The notes: generated from the letters alone by a model not told the origin. Shown: positions 13,139 through 25,967, numbered from the stretch's first letter. The stretch is DNA of 64,000 nt from Lingula anatina (GCA_051362555.1 CM120649.1:11036001-11100000); one strand, 5' to 3'. Program-made: numbers and translations.

Positions 13139-16009
13139 ACATTACATTAAAATACCCCCGTCAAATGTTTTATGTTTAAATCGCTTGGCTCAGAAAAATA
13201 CCCTTCTTCTCCTACCCCGCCCTAGTATAGCCCTATACTCTCGCCAGTGAGTACCTTTCCGTAGCTTAAACGAGTGCGGTAGCGTCTCTAACATGTGAAC
13301 TCTCACTGTTTGTTTACGATGAGTTGTAACCTAGTGAGGATAAAAGCTGACCTCAATACAGTCACTGGGTTAATAATATCTTGACACGCATTTACTGCAC
13401 ATCGGGGAATTCCAGATAGCTACTTAAAATGCATGAAAATTGATATATACCCAAATAAGTATCAGAATTGTCTCATTGGAAACCACGCTCAAAATTTCCA
13501 AGTACCATGCATCTTAACCGTGTAAACATATAGAATCGTGATCACCGTTGGGAAAATTAACTCCCAAACAGACTTACACATACGAATGCTTGTAACGTTC
13601 GAGTTACCTGTCCCTAACGATATTATTGATACATTGATCAATAAATCATGAAGTAAAGGAAGTTATCGAGTTTTAACTTTTACTATGTGTTAATCATCAA
13701 ATTTTTTCAAGTCTTTTTATAGCAACTTCAGTGTCTTGTATAGCTTCTTGGAAGAGTTTCAAAATTACTTAATGTTTGTGTTACTCATTGAAAAATGCCC
13801 ATATTACATCATGTTAAAATTTTACTAATTTACTGAGTTAACAAACAAATAATTCTCCCGCCAAAAAACTTTAGGCAACGTTTTATCAACCGATCTGTTT
13901 ACCACGCCCTGGACAGTTCTCGATATTTTGGAAGAAGGTTCTTTTGATTTTATTTAAAATTGCTATAGTATTACAAATATCAGTCACTGGAACTTTTAGG
14001 CGGTCATATAAAACAAGGTAAATATAGATTTACATGTTTATAGTTACATGTACAAAGGGTTATCTTTCCAATTCCGCTAAAATAACTTTATCAGCTGCGT
14101 TTTGTACTTGGTATTAAAATGCAGAGACAACAACCGGATTGTAAATAAACTTGGTGGAGTTAAATTGTTGTTTGAGGAAAGAGTTAATGCAATTCGAATT
14201 ACATATTTCCGGTTTGTGAGCAAAGATAGGGCTTGTATTTTCCAGAAGAAAACAAGGAGTGCAATACAAATCTAAAAGACAAAACTATTGTTTGGCAAGA
14301 TTTAATGAGATAACCCTTTGTTTAAAGTTCAGTTTTCCTAAAGACCATCAGTTAGACGCGTTTTAACTAATACCTGTACGGCAGCCAAAAAGCTAAAATG
14401 GATGGATATTTATTAATCTGTTTTCACGCCATTTAACTTATAATCTGATGACAACTCGTGTCATTATGTATTATAAACACTTTAATGGCAAAGAACAATT
14501 CTACTGATGGCATCAAAGTACATCTATAAGCAAAAGTTACAGTTAAAAATAGTAACTACTGGTAGTTTTGCGGTAATGCTGAAAAGGGGGGGGGGGGGGG
14601 GTGTAAAGTAATTACCGAACGCCTGCATATTACATTAAAATAATCCCCGTCAAGGGATTTATGTTTGTATTGGTTGGCTCAGAAAAATACCCTTCTTTTC
14701 CTACCCCTACCCCGCCCTAGTATAGCCCTTCTCTCGCCAGTGAGTACCTTTCTGTAGCTTAAACGTGTGCGGTAGCGTCTCTAACATGTGAACTCTGGTT
14801 GTTTGCTTACAACGAGTTGTAACCTAGTTAGTCTAAGTGAGGACAAAAGATGACCTCAATACAGTCACTGGGTTAAACATATTTTGACACGCTTTTACTG
14901 CACATCGGGGAATTCCAGATAGCTACTTAAAATACATGAAAATGGATTTACCCAAATTAATATCAGAATTTCCCATTGACACCACCCTCTAAATTTCCAA
15001 TTTTCATGCATCTTAACCGTGTAAATACATAGAATCGTAATCGCCAAGCAGACTTACACGTACGAATGCTTGTCACGTTCGAGTAATCTGTCCCTAACGA
15101 TATTATTGATACATTGATCAATAAATCATGAAGTTAAGGAAGTTATCGAGTTATAACTTTTACTATGTGTTAATCATCAAAATTTTCAAGTCTTTTTATA
15201 GCAACTACAGCTTCTTGTATAGCTTCTTAGAAGAATTTAAAGTTTACTTAATGCTTGTGTTACTCATCGAAAAATGCCCATATTACATCATGTTAAAATT
15301 TTACTAGGCTGAATTGGTTAACAAATAAATAATTCTCCCGCCAAAAAATTCAGTTAAAATTTTGTCAACCGATATGTTCACGACGTTCTGGACCGTTCTC
15401 GATATTTTGGAGGAAGGTTCTTTTGATTTAAATTAAAATTATTATAGTATTACAAATATCAGTCACTGGAACTTGGAAGCGGTCACATAAAACAGGTGAA
15501 TATAGACTTTCATGTTCATAGCTACGAAGGGTTATCAGCTGCGTTTTGTACTAGGTATTTAAGTGCAGCCTCAACAAGCGGATTGTAAATAAACTTAGTC
15601 GAGTTGAGTTGTTGTTTGAGGAAAGAGTTTGTGCAATTTTAATTACATATTTCCTTTATGTGATCAAAGACAGGTCCTGTATATGTAAAAAAGTAAAAAA
15701 AAATATATATAACATACATATTGGAAGGAATTTAACGAAATAACCCTTTGTTTAAAGTTCAGTTCTCCTCCAATAAATCGCATGTCAACAAATGGCAGCC
15801 AAAAAGATGATATAGATGGTTATTTTATTAGTCTGTTTTCACGTCAGTTAACTTATAAACTGATAACGACCCTTGGATTATGTATTAAAACACTGAACAA
15901 TTTAACTGGTGGCATCAAATTATATCTGTAAGCAACATTTACAGGTAAAAGTAACTACTGACAGTTTCTCAGTTTTGTATAAATTTTGGGGAGTGAAAGT
16001 AATTACCGA
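13139..16009. repeat. Diverged tandem duplication of a ~1.4-1.5 kb non-coding unit upstream of gene B
   Basis: 13139-14618 and 14627-16009 are colinear: both begin ATTACATTAAAATA..CCCCGTCAA and end AAAGTAATTACCGA, with many substitutions and indels. Confidence 0.9.
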
Positions 16010-16219
16010 TCGAAAAGAGGTATATAAAATTAAAAATGAGGACAATTTTACATTATATGCTAAATTTTGTCTTATTTAGCTTGTGACGCTTATTTGTGTG
16101 TGTCGTTGGAGGGGGGCAGTGGTGGTAGTTTAGCAGCTGGGGGAGCACTTGTGTCCTACCCGCCCACTCCTGGGTTCTCCTTTGAAGGCTAGATTCCCCT
16201 TCCAGTTACAGATCAGAAC

Positions 16220-18067
16220 ATGTCTAGAAGTCGCCACAACAGTGCGGAGTCCAGTGAAGGGGAAGACGAACGTGCAGGTTATCCAGACAATGCCATGACG
16301 GAAGAACCGGTGAGCACCCTGCAAGCACCTGGCGTGTCACAGGTGTTCACTGCCGATGAAAATGGCGCTGATAATCGAGAAAGCCGCAGTGAAGAGGACG
16401 AAAGCTTTCTGAGGGACCAACTTGGTAGAAGCCTCCTCGAAGAAGACCAAAGTCTCGAAACAGGCGACGGAAATGTAGCTACTCCGTTACCTCATCCACA
16501 CGATGTGGAGAGAAGCGCAGAAAACAACAACAACAAGAGCAATAATGACAGTGAAGCAACCTGCCCCGTGTGCTCAGCTGATGACAGTGTGCAGTCCCAA
16601 TATCTGCGTGAAGGCGGTGAATTATATAATGTTTCTGTCGAGGAGTCAGACGCCCAACACACCGATCCCGAGGTTCTGTCAAGCGGCGGTGTACACTTGG
16701 ATCCGGGGGACGTGCCTGTGGCGGTGGGCGGACCAATTCCCCAAGACAGTGGAAGTGATGAAGACTCTGGTGCTTCGTCGCCCGGATCTAGCACGGCACC
16801 CCGGAGCTCCATGGAAACAGGTGGATTCATAAATCCAAATCCCAACATTTCAGAAAACGACCTTATTAAGCCAACCCAAGAGACCACACGACAGGCCGAG
16901 CTAAGAACAGCCGAGCAGTTTTTAAGATCTCCTGCGTACGTCAGATGCCTTGAACTAATATATAGTCCAGATTCTCCAGAAGGACAGAGGCTGCGTAATA
17001 TATTTGGTTTAGGTAAGTATCAAGGATTGTACATATAGATAGACGTAACGTAATTCTGATACAACAACAAAAAATAACGTTATTTAGTCATACGTGCCTT
17101 CATTTATGAATCGAACGAAGAGATAAAGAGAAGAAAAAATTAGCACAGTTTTCGTGGCACACCTTTTTATTCTTATCCATTTTAGTTTATTTATTTTTTC
17201 ATTTATTTTTGAAGTTTAAAGAATTTCCAAAAACTTACTAGTAATATGTTTGGCTTAATCACGAATTTGGGAACAATTGTATAACGTTTGAACACATATT
17301 AAAAGCATTGCTTTTTTTTCTCAGACTGGATAATTTTTGTCCTTCCGGCACTGATGAAAGTAAGACTGCAAGTGACAGGTGACGAACAGACAGACGCTTC
17401 ACAGGGTTTACGTGAGCACTTGGAGGAAGAAATGCGCCGTAAAGCGGAAAGCCTCGCGTTCATAAACCAACTCAAAGAGCACAGACTTCGCTGTTCCTGC
17501 ACTGCCGTAGACGAGGGGTGTATTTTGATAAGTCTCCGGGCAAAGGACGTCTCTACACTGAAGACAATCATACAAAGGAATGAACGTGGAACTCTGTCCT
17601 CCTGCTTTGAGAAGATACTGGTTTCGGACAAGATGCGGTCGCTTGCGGCTGCGCAAGGCAAGAAGCTGTCTGTGAAGGTGTCCTTGGAAAACAAAGATGA
17701 GATTAAAGAGGCTGTAGAACTGTTGGGCAACTTGGCTGCCCCAGAGAAAAATGAAGGTATATTAGTGCATTTTCCTGGTGTTTTTGATTTAAACAACATT
17801 AAAATGCTTTGATAATACGGGATGAGGGGGAAATAAATCCGCCAAAAAAATAACATTTCTGTCAATCTGTCGTTCCAGGCCTATCAAATCCTGCCTGTAG
17901 CTGTTCGACGTGAATAGAACTAAGAATAATTGGTACTTTATCGCAAATCTGGAGATATGCAATTGTGTCAGAGTGGTTTACAAAGCCACGATTCTTTCAG
18001 TTACTGTGAGCCTTCTAGACTGCCTATCAATTTGTTTATATGATAGCCCCTAGTTGTATTCATCCAC

Positions 18068-18106
<39 letters not shown>

Positions 18107-18904
18107 TTAGGGCAAGGACTGGTGGACAAAATGACTGTGACGTATTGTCCAGAGGAAGGGAAGTGGTATTGGACGCCTGACGCTATTGAAGGAGTGTGGA
18201 TGGAGGTACCGCCGTACTTTCTTTTATTTATTTCAGTTAATTTATTCTTCAGTTGACTTAATGATAGATTTTAGTGATTGTCGCCCTGGGTTTTAGGGAG
18301 TTTCTTGAAACTCTGTCTATTAAATATCTAAGTTATTTTTTCAAGTTATTTTTTACGTTTTTTGGTCTGTGTTTCTGTGAAATATTATCATTCTTAATTT
18401 TTGTGTTACAATGAATTCGTTTGGATTAAAATATACCGCATTATAATTCGTTAGAAAGTGACAATATGTATAATTCCGATGAATATCCGCCATTTTGATT
18501 CTAGGCAAACATCAGGACTGCTAGCCGCGGGATGTACGTTGATATTCCACTCATTGAGAAACTCAAAAAGGTCCTGGACTGGTTACAGAGGAGGGAGACT
18601 TTCCAAAGCGGTCAGCCACAGCCATGCTACATGTGTAAGGACATTATTTACTTCAACCATCTATTTATTTATTTTTTATCTCTCTTTCATCTCTATCGAT
18701 AATATTATAATATAATTTGTTTAAATTCTAAAATCCAATTAGTGTAATATATAATTTCAAGGGAAAACTGTCATAACAAAACTTTTATTCATGTAAAAAT
18801 AAGCAGTATTTTATAAGTTTCAAATTATGTCGGTGATGCAATTTCTAGGTTACCTGCGCCATCGTAAGGGCGCGGAAGAGACAGCTGTTACAGGATCTTT
18901 GTAA
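16220..18904 (+). CDS. Gene B: 5 coding exons (~501 aa), paralogue of gene A; long acidic N-terminus, TRADD-N-like domain, Trp/Cys C-terminal domain
   Basis: Exons 16220-17012, 17325-17756, 18111-18205, 18505-18634, 18849-18904; GT-AG, in frame, 1506 nt. The 95 nt and 130 nt exons match gene A exons in size, phase and motif. An upstream non-coding exon is possible (AG acceptors at ~16205-16216). Confidence 0.78.
17325..17756 (+). CDS. Gene B exon 2: TRADD-N-like domain
   Basis: CTAVDEGCILISLRAKDVSTLKTIIQRNERGTLSSCFEKILVSDKMRSLAAAQGKKLSVKV aligns with gene A exon 3 (ISL..KDV..L, EK.L.S.KMR..A...GKKL...V). Confidence 0.6.
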
Positions 18905-19460
18905 GCAACGGTGAGAGCATTTTTTAGCTATTATTAGACGTTGATCACGTTGAAGAAATGGCGGTGCGCATTTGTTTCCATACAAATACATATTGTGCAT
19001 TTATTTCCATATAAATAAATAAATAAAAAATAAATGAATAAATCTACTTTAATCTGCTCTTGGCCGACAAATAAACTTGCAATTGTAACTTGCTTTATTT
19101 TCTCTTAAAATCGAGCGCTTCTTTACAGCATAGATCTACTCGCATGTTTGTTTTTATTATATTTTAATTAATTTATTTTTTGTTTTAGACGAGAAGTATT
19201 TCTCAAGCTACTTGTGATTGGGATGCTGGGAGAGGTTTGTTTTCCTTTGTCGGAACTCGGTCAGCTAGATGGTCGACACCGAAATAATGGGACTTGACAT
19301 TACTGAGCGCTTAAAGAACTTATGTGGCATTTATCAAGAGCTTCACTATATAATTTTGTAATCAGAGTTACCTAATTCTATACGCTGCCTTCATATGATT
19401 AAGTATGAAATCGGCCTATAGAGTAAGGGAATTCATGGTGTGTTTATTTAATTTTGTCAT

Positions 19461-19785
19461 TGAATATATATTCGCTTTTGAAATTGATACCCGAAAAGGA
19501 GAACTGTCATTCGCAAAATTAACTATTTTTTTAATATAAAGAAAAGATCCAATTTTCAAAAGAAAAAAAATTCGTCATTTAGGGAGGGATTTTCATGTCT
19601 GTATTTACATGAAAATGTTCTTTTTTTCCGGTATTAATTGTGTACGGGTCAAGCCTCCAAGAGATTTTAGGTGTGCAGAAGGACATTTATCTGTACGCAT
19701 ACTGTACGTCACTAGCGCACATACCCACACGCGAAAGCAAAAACCTGCGCTTACGTCCACGCACGCACGCACGCACGCACGCACG

Positions 19786-19846
<61 letters not shown>

Positions 19847-21970
19847 TGGTGTTGGTTGTAAAATTATACAAAAAAAATGACATGAAGAAAGCATGTATGC
19901 ATCAGGGGCTGCCATATTTATCAATATATATAATTAAAAAAAATAAAAAAGGACATTAATATTATTAATGTAGTAATAATGTTATCCAGTCATAAAGATA
20001 AGTTAAATCCATCACTGGACTCAGTAGACCTTTTGAAGTCTCCGAGAGGGAAACACAACGTCGTCAGTTATAGAGAAATATTAGGCCAGTAGTAGAGTTA
20101 AATAACTTATCTTTGTGTACTGGTAAAAGAGACAATGTTTATGTATAAAGTTATAACAGTCATCAGGGGCGGATCCAGGTTGATTTGAAGGGGGGTCCAT
20201 TTTTAGGAATGACAGGACGCATATGAGAAGCTGATCCTGACCCCCCCCCCCTTTGGCGTGGGGTTCGCGGCCCGCTAAAGGGCCCCAAAAATTTTGGTAT
20301 TTTAGAGGGCGAACAGTGCCATTTGGTATTGTTTAGAGCTATGATTCAGCTAGTCAAAATTCTAATTTCAAGAGGGAACGTTGATGTGATTTTTTTCAGA
20401 AATCGAAGGTGGGGTCAGGACCCCTCTGACCCCCCCCCCCTGTAAATCCGCCACTGGTGATCCTGTACATTTGTCCGTGTATGATTTACAGGGAACCAAT
20501 GTAAAGGATCAGCTGTTTATTGAAATAATCATATTATTTGATAATAACACGATGTACGTATATTGTTGTATTTTTTGCATTTTAGCGTTTATGATAAACC
20601 GTAACTGTGAAGCTTCCATCCAATCCTTTACTTCCTAATTCTGGATTTTTACTTGAAAACAACATGGTTAGCAAGTACCCTCTACCAGGGTGGCAGATAG
20701 GGAAAAAGTGAAAAAGTCAGAGGTAGTAAAATGACTTGCACACAGGAACGTAATCGTAGTAGTTTTCTGCTTGCATCAGCATGTAATCAGCAATGCCTCG
20801 TTACTAGGCTAAGGGTAAATATATTTAATAAAGCTTTTAACTTATCACAAATAGTCACATCTTTGAATCATCGGTATTGAGAATTTCATTGATTATCCGA
20901 TTTCACTTCAAAAGAGAGTATGTTTCCAAATCGCCCTCTTGTGACTGTTTTGTTATCTCCTCCAGAAACACCGCACTCAATGCGTCTCTTTCGCATAATA
21001 TTGGTTTGGGCAATATAAAATTAGGGACAACACCATTCACTTTGACGTAAGGGCCGAATGATTATCAAAGTGACGGACATGATTTCAAAACGACGGGCTT
21101 GCTCACCTTAATTTCCTATACCCGTGTATTCCACGATGAATTCAGCTGATAAAAAATTTCCTCTTCAACTGCGTTATATCCAAAAACGTACGCGCGCGAG
21201 TCAGATCAATAACCTGTAAATAGCATAGAGATGGTGATTTTGACCGCCACGGCTTGCTGAATACAAATTAAACTTATTGTCTTTGACACCCAGCTTGAAT
21301 TATAGATCGGATATTGATCCGCTGGTGTTCTCAACAATGTCAGCATCGTTGATAATTCCCTACAGCTTACTGGAAAAGTTTTTAATCCACTCGAAGTTTT
21401 ATATACATGTAATTCATTGAGTACTAGTATAGATTTGAATGCGTCTGCGGTAATAAGCGATACTCTGTCTTATTTTAATCTGATTTACGTGTTCAGATCA
21501 ATCTCTGAGTTTTCCGCACTATTTATTCATGCTATTATCTTATATTTGATATGATTGTAAGGATATATGCTGCAAAATTCACAAAATGCTTAATCGGTAA
21601 AAACGCCTGGATTGCCATTTTAGATATGAAATATATTTGAACTCACCCTGAAGCTCAGGGTGATTTGAACTCGGATAAAGAGAAAATGTTCGAGTTTTCG
21701 TATTAAGAAGGGATTCCTTGTCTGTTAACCGGAAAAATATGATTCTTATTGACTCAGAAGTGCACAAAAATTTGAAACAAACCGGGGTTTAAAACGTGGA
21801 GACTGCATTCGTATTTCTGAAAAGAAGGCAAATGTATGAAAATTCTACAAATGAGGGGAACCTGTACGATATACATGTATGAAAATTCTTCAAAACTAGT
21901 AATGGAAAATTACAAAATAAAAAAAATACTTTTTCATTCTATCTAAGAATCTCTCTCTCCATTCACACAT
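19461..21970 (+). repeat. ~2.5 kb segmental duplication, copy 1
   Basis: Colinear direct repeat of 60917-63652, including the shared MITE and microsatellite. Confidence 0.92.
20164..20456 (+). mobile_element. ~290 bp non-autonomous DNA element (CAGGGGCGGAT termini)
   Basis: CAGGGGCGGATCC ... AAATCCGCCACTG; copies at 4090-4403 (-) and 61587-61884. Confidence 0.65.
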
Positions 21971-22123
21971 ACATACATTCATATATACACACACTTACAA
22001 TGTATTTAATTTTAGGGCTTCTACTTATTTAGGATGTCTTATTTAGACAATGAGCAGATGTTATACTTATTGTCCAAACACACGTGATATATTTCATAAT
22101 AGAGGGAAATTATCAGCAATTAA

Positions 22124-23077
22124 CAGGGGCGTAACCAGACCTTTAAAAATTGTATGCACAGACTTTAAAAATTCCCAGCAAAACGCAAGAGATGAAGGAC
22201 AGCGTAATTACAGCATATGTACCACACATCGCAGCTTAATTTCCATTAATAATAAAATCATCATTTATTCAGAAATATTCTCGCAATTAAAAAAGTTTCA
22301 ATATTATTATTACCCAGAACGGTATATTTATTTAAAAGGAGGCTAGCTTCGCATATGTGGAACCCCCTTCGAATAATCCTGGATCCACATCTGAGTTGAA
22401 CTAACATACGGTTTCATTCACCTTACATGTGGATGCATGGCTCCCCAAAACAACCAATTGTACGACACGACAGAGCTCTGATACATCTCAGATTAATTAT
22501 TTGTTTGTAAAAATTGCCCATGTCACCCTGTTAGTTTGGAGGGGTAAGCTGGGTCAAGTCCGTGTCAAAATTCTTTGAAGCTTTGCAGAAAAATTCTTCC
22601 TTTGTTTCTCTAGCTCCTTCTTAAACCTGGCGTCCAGATTTTATCTAGTGCCCCCAGGGTAGCGGGAGCTGCTCTTTGAAAATAACACTCAGGCAGATTT
22701 TTACCTGAGATAAATACCGCCAGCGAGAATGCGTTCGATATTCTCAAGAAAGAGGGTACAGGAGAGTTGAGGGCCACTGAACCCTCCAATTAAGAGGTAA
22801 AGGAAGTTCCAGTTAGATGGACGATTAAGATAGGACTTGTTAAGGTTACAGGCATTGTTTACCTCAGTTTGCAAACGGGGGGATGGGGGGGGGGGGGTCA
22901 GAACAATTGTGCCTATACAATTGATACAGAGGATTTGTACATACAGGTGACTTTAATAAGCAGAGGATTTTCTTTTATATTCCGAGAAAATACACTAAAT
23001 TTATATAAAATAATATCATGGTAGCCAAAAAAATTGTACGCACAGTGCATCCGTGCGTATGCCTAGTTACGCCCATG
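22124..23077. mobile_element. 954 bp TIR-bounded insertion in array unit 1
   Basis: CAGGGGCGTAACCAG ... CTAGTTACGCCCATG, flanked by ATTAA on both sides; absent at the paralogous site near 32870. Confidence 0.75.
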
Positions 23078-23716
23078 ATTAATTATGCTAGTGCAGCAAT
23101 TTTTATTTTTAATTTGTTAAGGAGCCACTCCAACTCAGATGCTCTATATCAAGTGCCAGACCAGCCTTCCAAACTCTGTGTCAAGCTTTGAGGGACCCAA
23201 GGGAGGAGAACACAGCGGGCATTTAATCTTCCCGCATCCTCTGAGGTGCACGTATACTCCTCTCCCCCTACCTGAATAAAAAATAAATAAATGAAGGGAG
23301 AAAGAAAGAAAGAAAAGGAAGAAAAGTGTGTGTTTTACGGTTAAAATGTCCTCATCTACTGTTTTATATTTGCCAATCGAAGCAAGACACTTTTTTTAAT
23401 ATAATGTGCCTTCTCCCACATATAAATCCCTCTTTTCGACAGTGATACTCTGCGGAGTTCAGTGACCTCATGTCGCGTCACTGACCCTACGCGCGAAGGT
23501 CACTTGACGCATGTATCGTTCTACGGTCGTCATAATAACAATTCAATAACATCCATTACCTTTTTGTTCAACGCATTGATCGTGTGGTGCGGTGCGTGAA
23601 GCAACAATACAACCAGATTTAATACTGCACAAGTAAAAAGACTCTCCCCTAGTAGCCTTGACTTAAGTATACAAGGTATGCTATTGTGCCCTTGGAGACG
23701 GGTAATCAATAGCAAA

Positions 23717-23818
23717 TGCGCATGCGCCAATTAACAATAACAACTTCCAATCCAGTCTTCTGTTATAATTACTTCGTGGAGTTATTTTGTGCACGTTTTC
23801 AGCAATAATAGGGTGAGT
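23717..23818 (+). promoter_or_regulatory. Putative promoter / non-coding first exon, unit 1
   Basis: TGCGCATGCGC (NRF1-type palindrome) overlapping CCAAT, followed ~90 bp later by the donor G|GTGAGT at 23813. Confidence 0.45.
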
Positions 23819-23928
23819 ACATTAACTTAATTACTAATGTCTCTATTATAACTAATTGTTTCCAGTCGGGAAAAGTTTAGGGCCGCTTGTCTGCCTTTGT
23901 GCGATCACCTGTCGTGGAAGATCGAGTA

Positions 23929-24909
23929 TTAACCCATTACAGTGACGTCATATTTGCTCCGTAACACTAGTCCCGCGGCCATGCTGGAGGGAATGAACGA
24001 CGGGGAATAGTAGCGGTAATATAGGTGAACCAAATAAAATAAAATAAACTTCATATCGCGATCAAGTACACCAAAGGGAAAAGAACACATACAAGCTGAA
24101 GCTTCTGCTGATCAGCGGGATCGACCGATATGAACTCGAGACAGTCTAAAAACGTGAAATCCTACCAAATGCTACTTATCCAACATCGTGTTGTCAGAAG
24201 ATAGTTCAGTTATCTTGTACTTCATTTTTCTTGTTCATTGGGTAATAACAGTTATGGTTTGAGAGAGTTTAATGTGTAATCATAAGTTAAACCTTACATA
24301 GAAGCAACTTTTTTCATAAAGGATAGATATAAGGAGAAATTTGAGCTGATCATCAGGATAAACCCTTGTGGACTCAAGGAAGAATGTATGCAGGATTGTC
24401 TTATGACATGAAATATTGCTGTCAGTTATGACTTATCTCTACATCGTGAAGCTGTCAGAAATTATTTCAGCATTCTTGTACTTCTTTTTGGTTCATTAGA
24501 AAGTACATGTAACAAGACTGTTGTTTGTGAGAGTTTAATATTCACCATGAATGCAACCATTCATACAATTGTTAGGATTTTATTATTATTCAGTCATTCT
24601 CAGAAGCAAGGCATTTTTTACACTTATGTATTTATGATGTCCAATGTAAAATAACAATAATTCAGTTCATGAATTGATCTTCATTTGCTTAAACATATAG
24701 GAAAAGTGCACATTTTGTATGAATAAAAGTGAACATGAAATGCTGAGTTCTGAGTGTCACTTCAATTAAATAACTCCTGTCATGCACTGGTTTTCACTCT
24801 CCTGATGTTCAGATCCTGTCTCCTCAGCTGGTCACAGAGATCTTGGAATATTTTTTGCTGCTTCTACCTTGTGTGTCATCTAACTGCCTTTTGTACCTGT
24901 CATCAAAAG

Positions 24910-24968
<59 letters not shown>

Positions 24969-25967
24969 GTCCCCTGTATATATATAATTTACTTGCACCC
25001 AATCAGTGGGGCTTGGTGGGAAATGCCTGATCAATTTCCTAGATGTAAATTAATAGAAAGATAACAATAGTGATTTTTATTTATATTGTAACTTACAACA
25101 TTACAGTTGAAAGGAGCAGAATTTAACATTTTTACAGAGGAAAGTGCAAATTCATTTCATGAGGTTATATGTCAATTACACCTGAGGTAGAATTTACTTG
25201 CAAAATAAAATTACTCTTATCACTACACCAAATCGAAAATTAAGCCACTAACTTCCAAATACACTTCATACAGGTAATTGATTTAATTGGCCCAGCTCAG
25301 CTGTGTACAGTACAAATATAGCCTTGACACTAATCGGCAATAATGCTAACCAGGTATTAAAGAGGTAGGTGACAGCCGATAAAATCTAGAGAGCACCGTA
25401 AACTGATAACAAATTACACCCAAGGCAATAGGTGAGTCTTCATTATAAAAGTCGAAACCCTGCCTGGGCATTTCCACACGTTTTAACAAATTAACACACT
25501 CTCCACCCAAACTTTTTGGGCACTACTTTAAATATATATGCAGTGTACGTGCGTCCCAAACGTACACACCTAGGTCTTTGGTTTTCTACTGTTTTTTCTT
25601 TTATGGTAAAAAATCTGCACAGCTGGCTCTTCATTCTTTGCTACAAAATAAATTAGTTTTGTCCTTTACTTTTCAGAAGAGTTTTGATTGAAAGCCACCT
25701 CGCCGTCTCTCCTCCGTTTATGGTTTTAGTTCCTTCACCTTGGATTGTTACCACTGTAGGCAGTCTGTGAACGATTGTAAAGTTAGTTATTTTCTCTCGA
25801 TGAAATACCCTGCAGTAATTCATCATTTTGCTCGGTTAAATATCAAAGAAAATACAGAAAACGAAAACTGAACTACAGACATGGCTTGTTCATGCGCAGC
25901 AGACGATTCCGGTCTCCCTCCAGCATGGCTGCCGTTTGTTTTGGTGACGCAGGCTCTAATGGGTCAA
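23929..25967. mobile_element. ~2.0 kb non-coding TIR-bounded insertion
   Basis: TTAACCCATTACAG ... CTCTAATGGGTCAA; the flanks rejoin to GAGTATACATCG as in the empty site near 33764-33775. Confidence 0.7.

Noticed and set aside
16130-17865. Minus-strand and alternate-frame ORFs overlapping gene B
   Set aside because: Shadows of GC-richer coding exons, with no recognisable motifs.
19189-19297. Possible alternative last exon of gene B (via a donor at 18901)
   Set aside because: The frame would be open, but there is no similarity to gene A and an in-frame TAA at 18902 already ends the protein; cannot be supported without RNA data.
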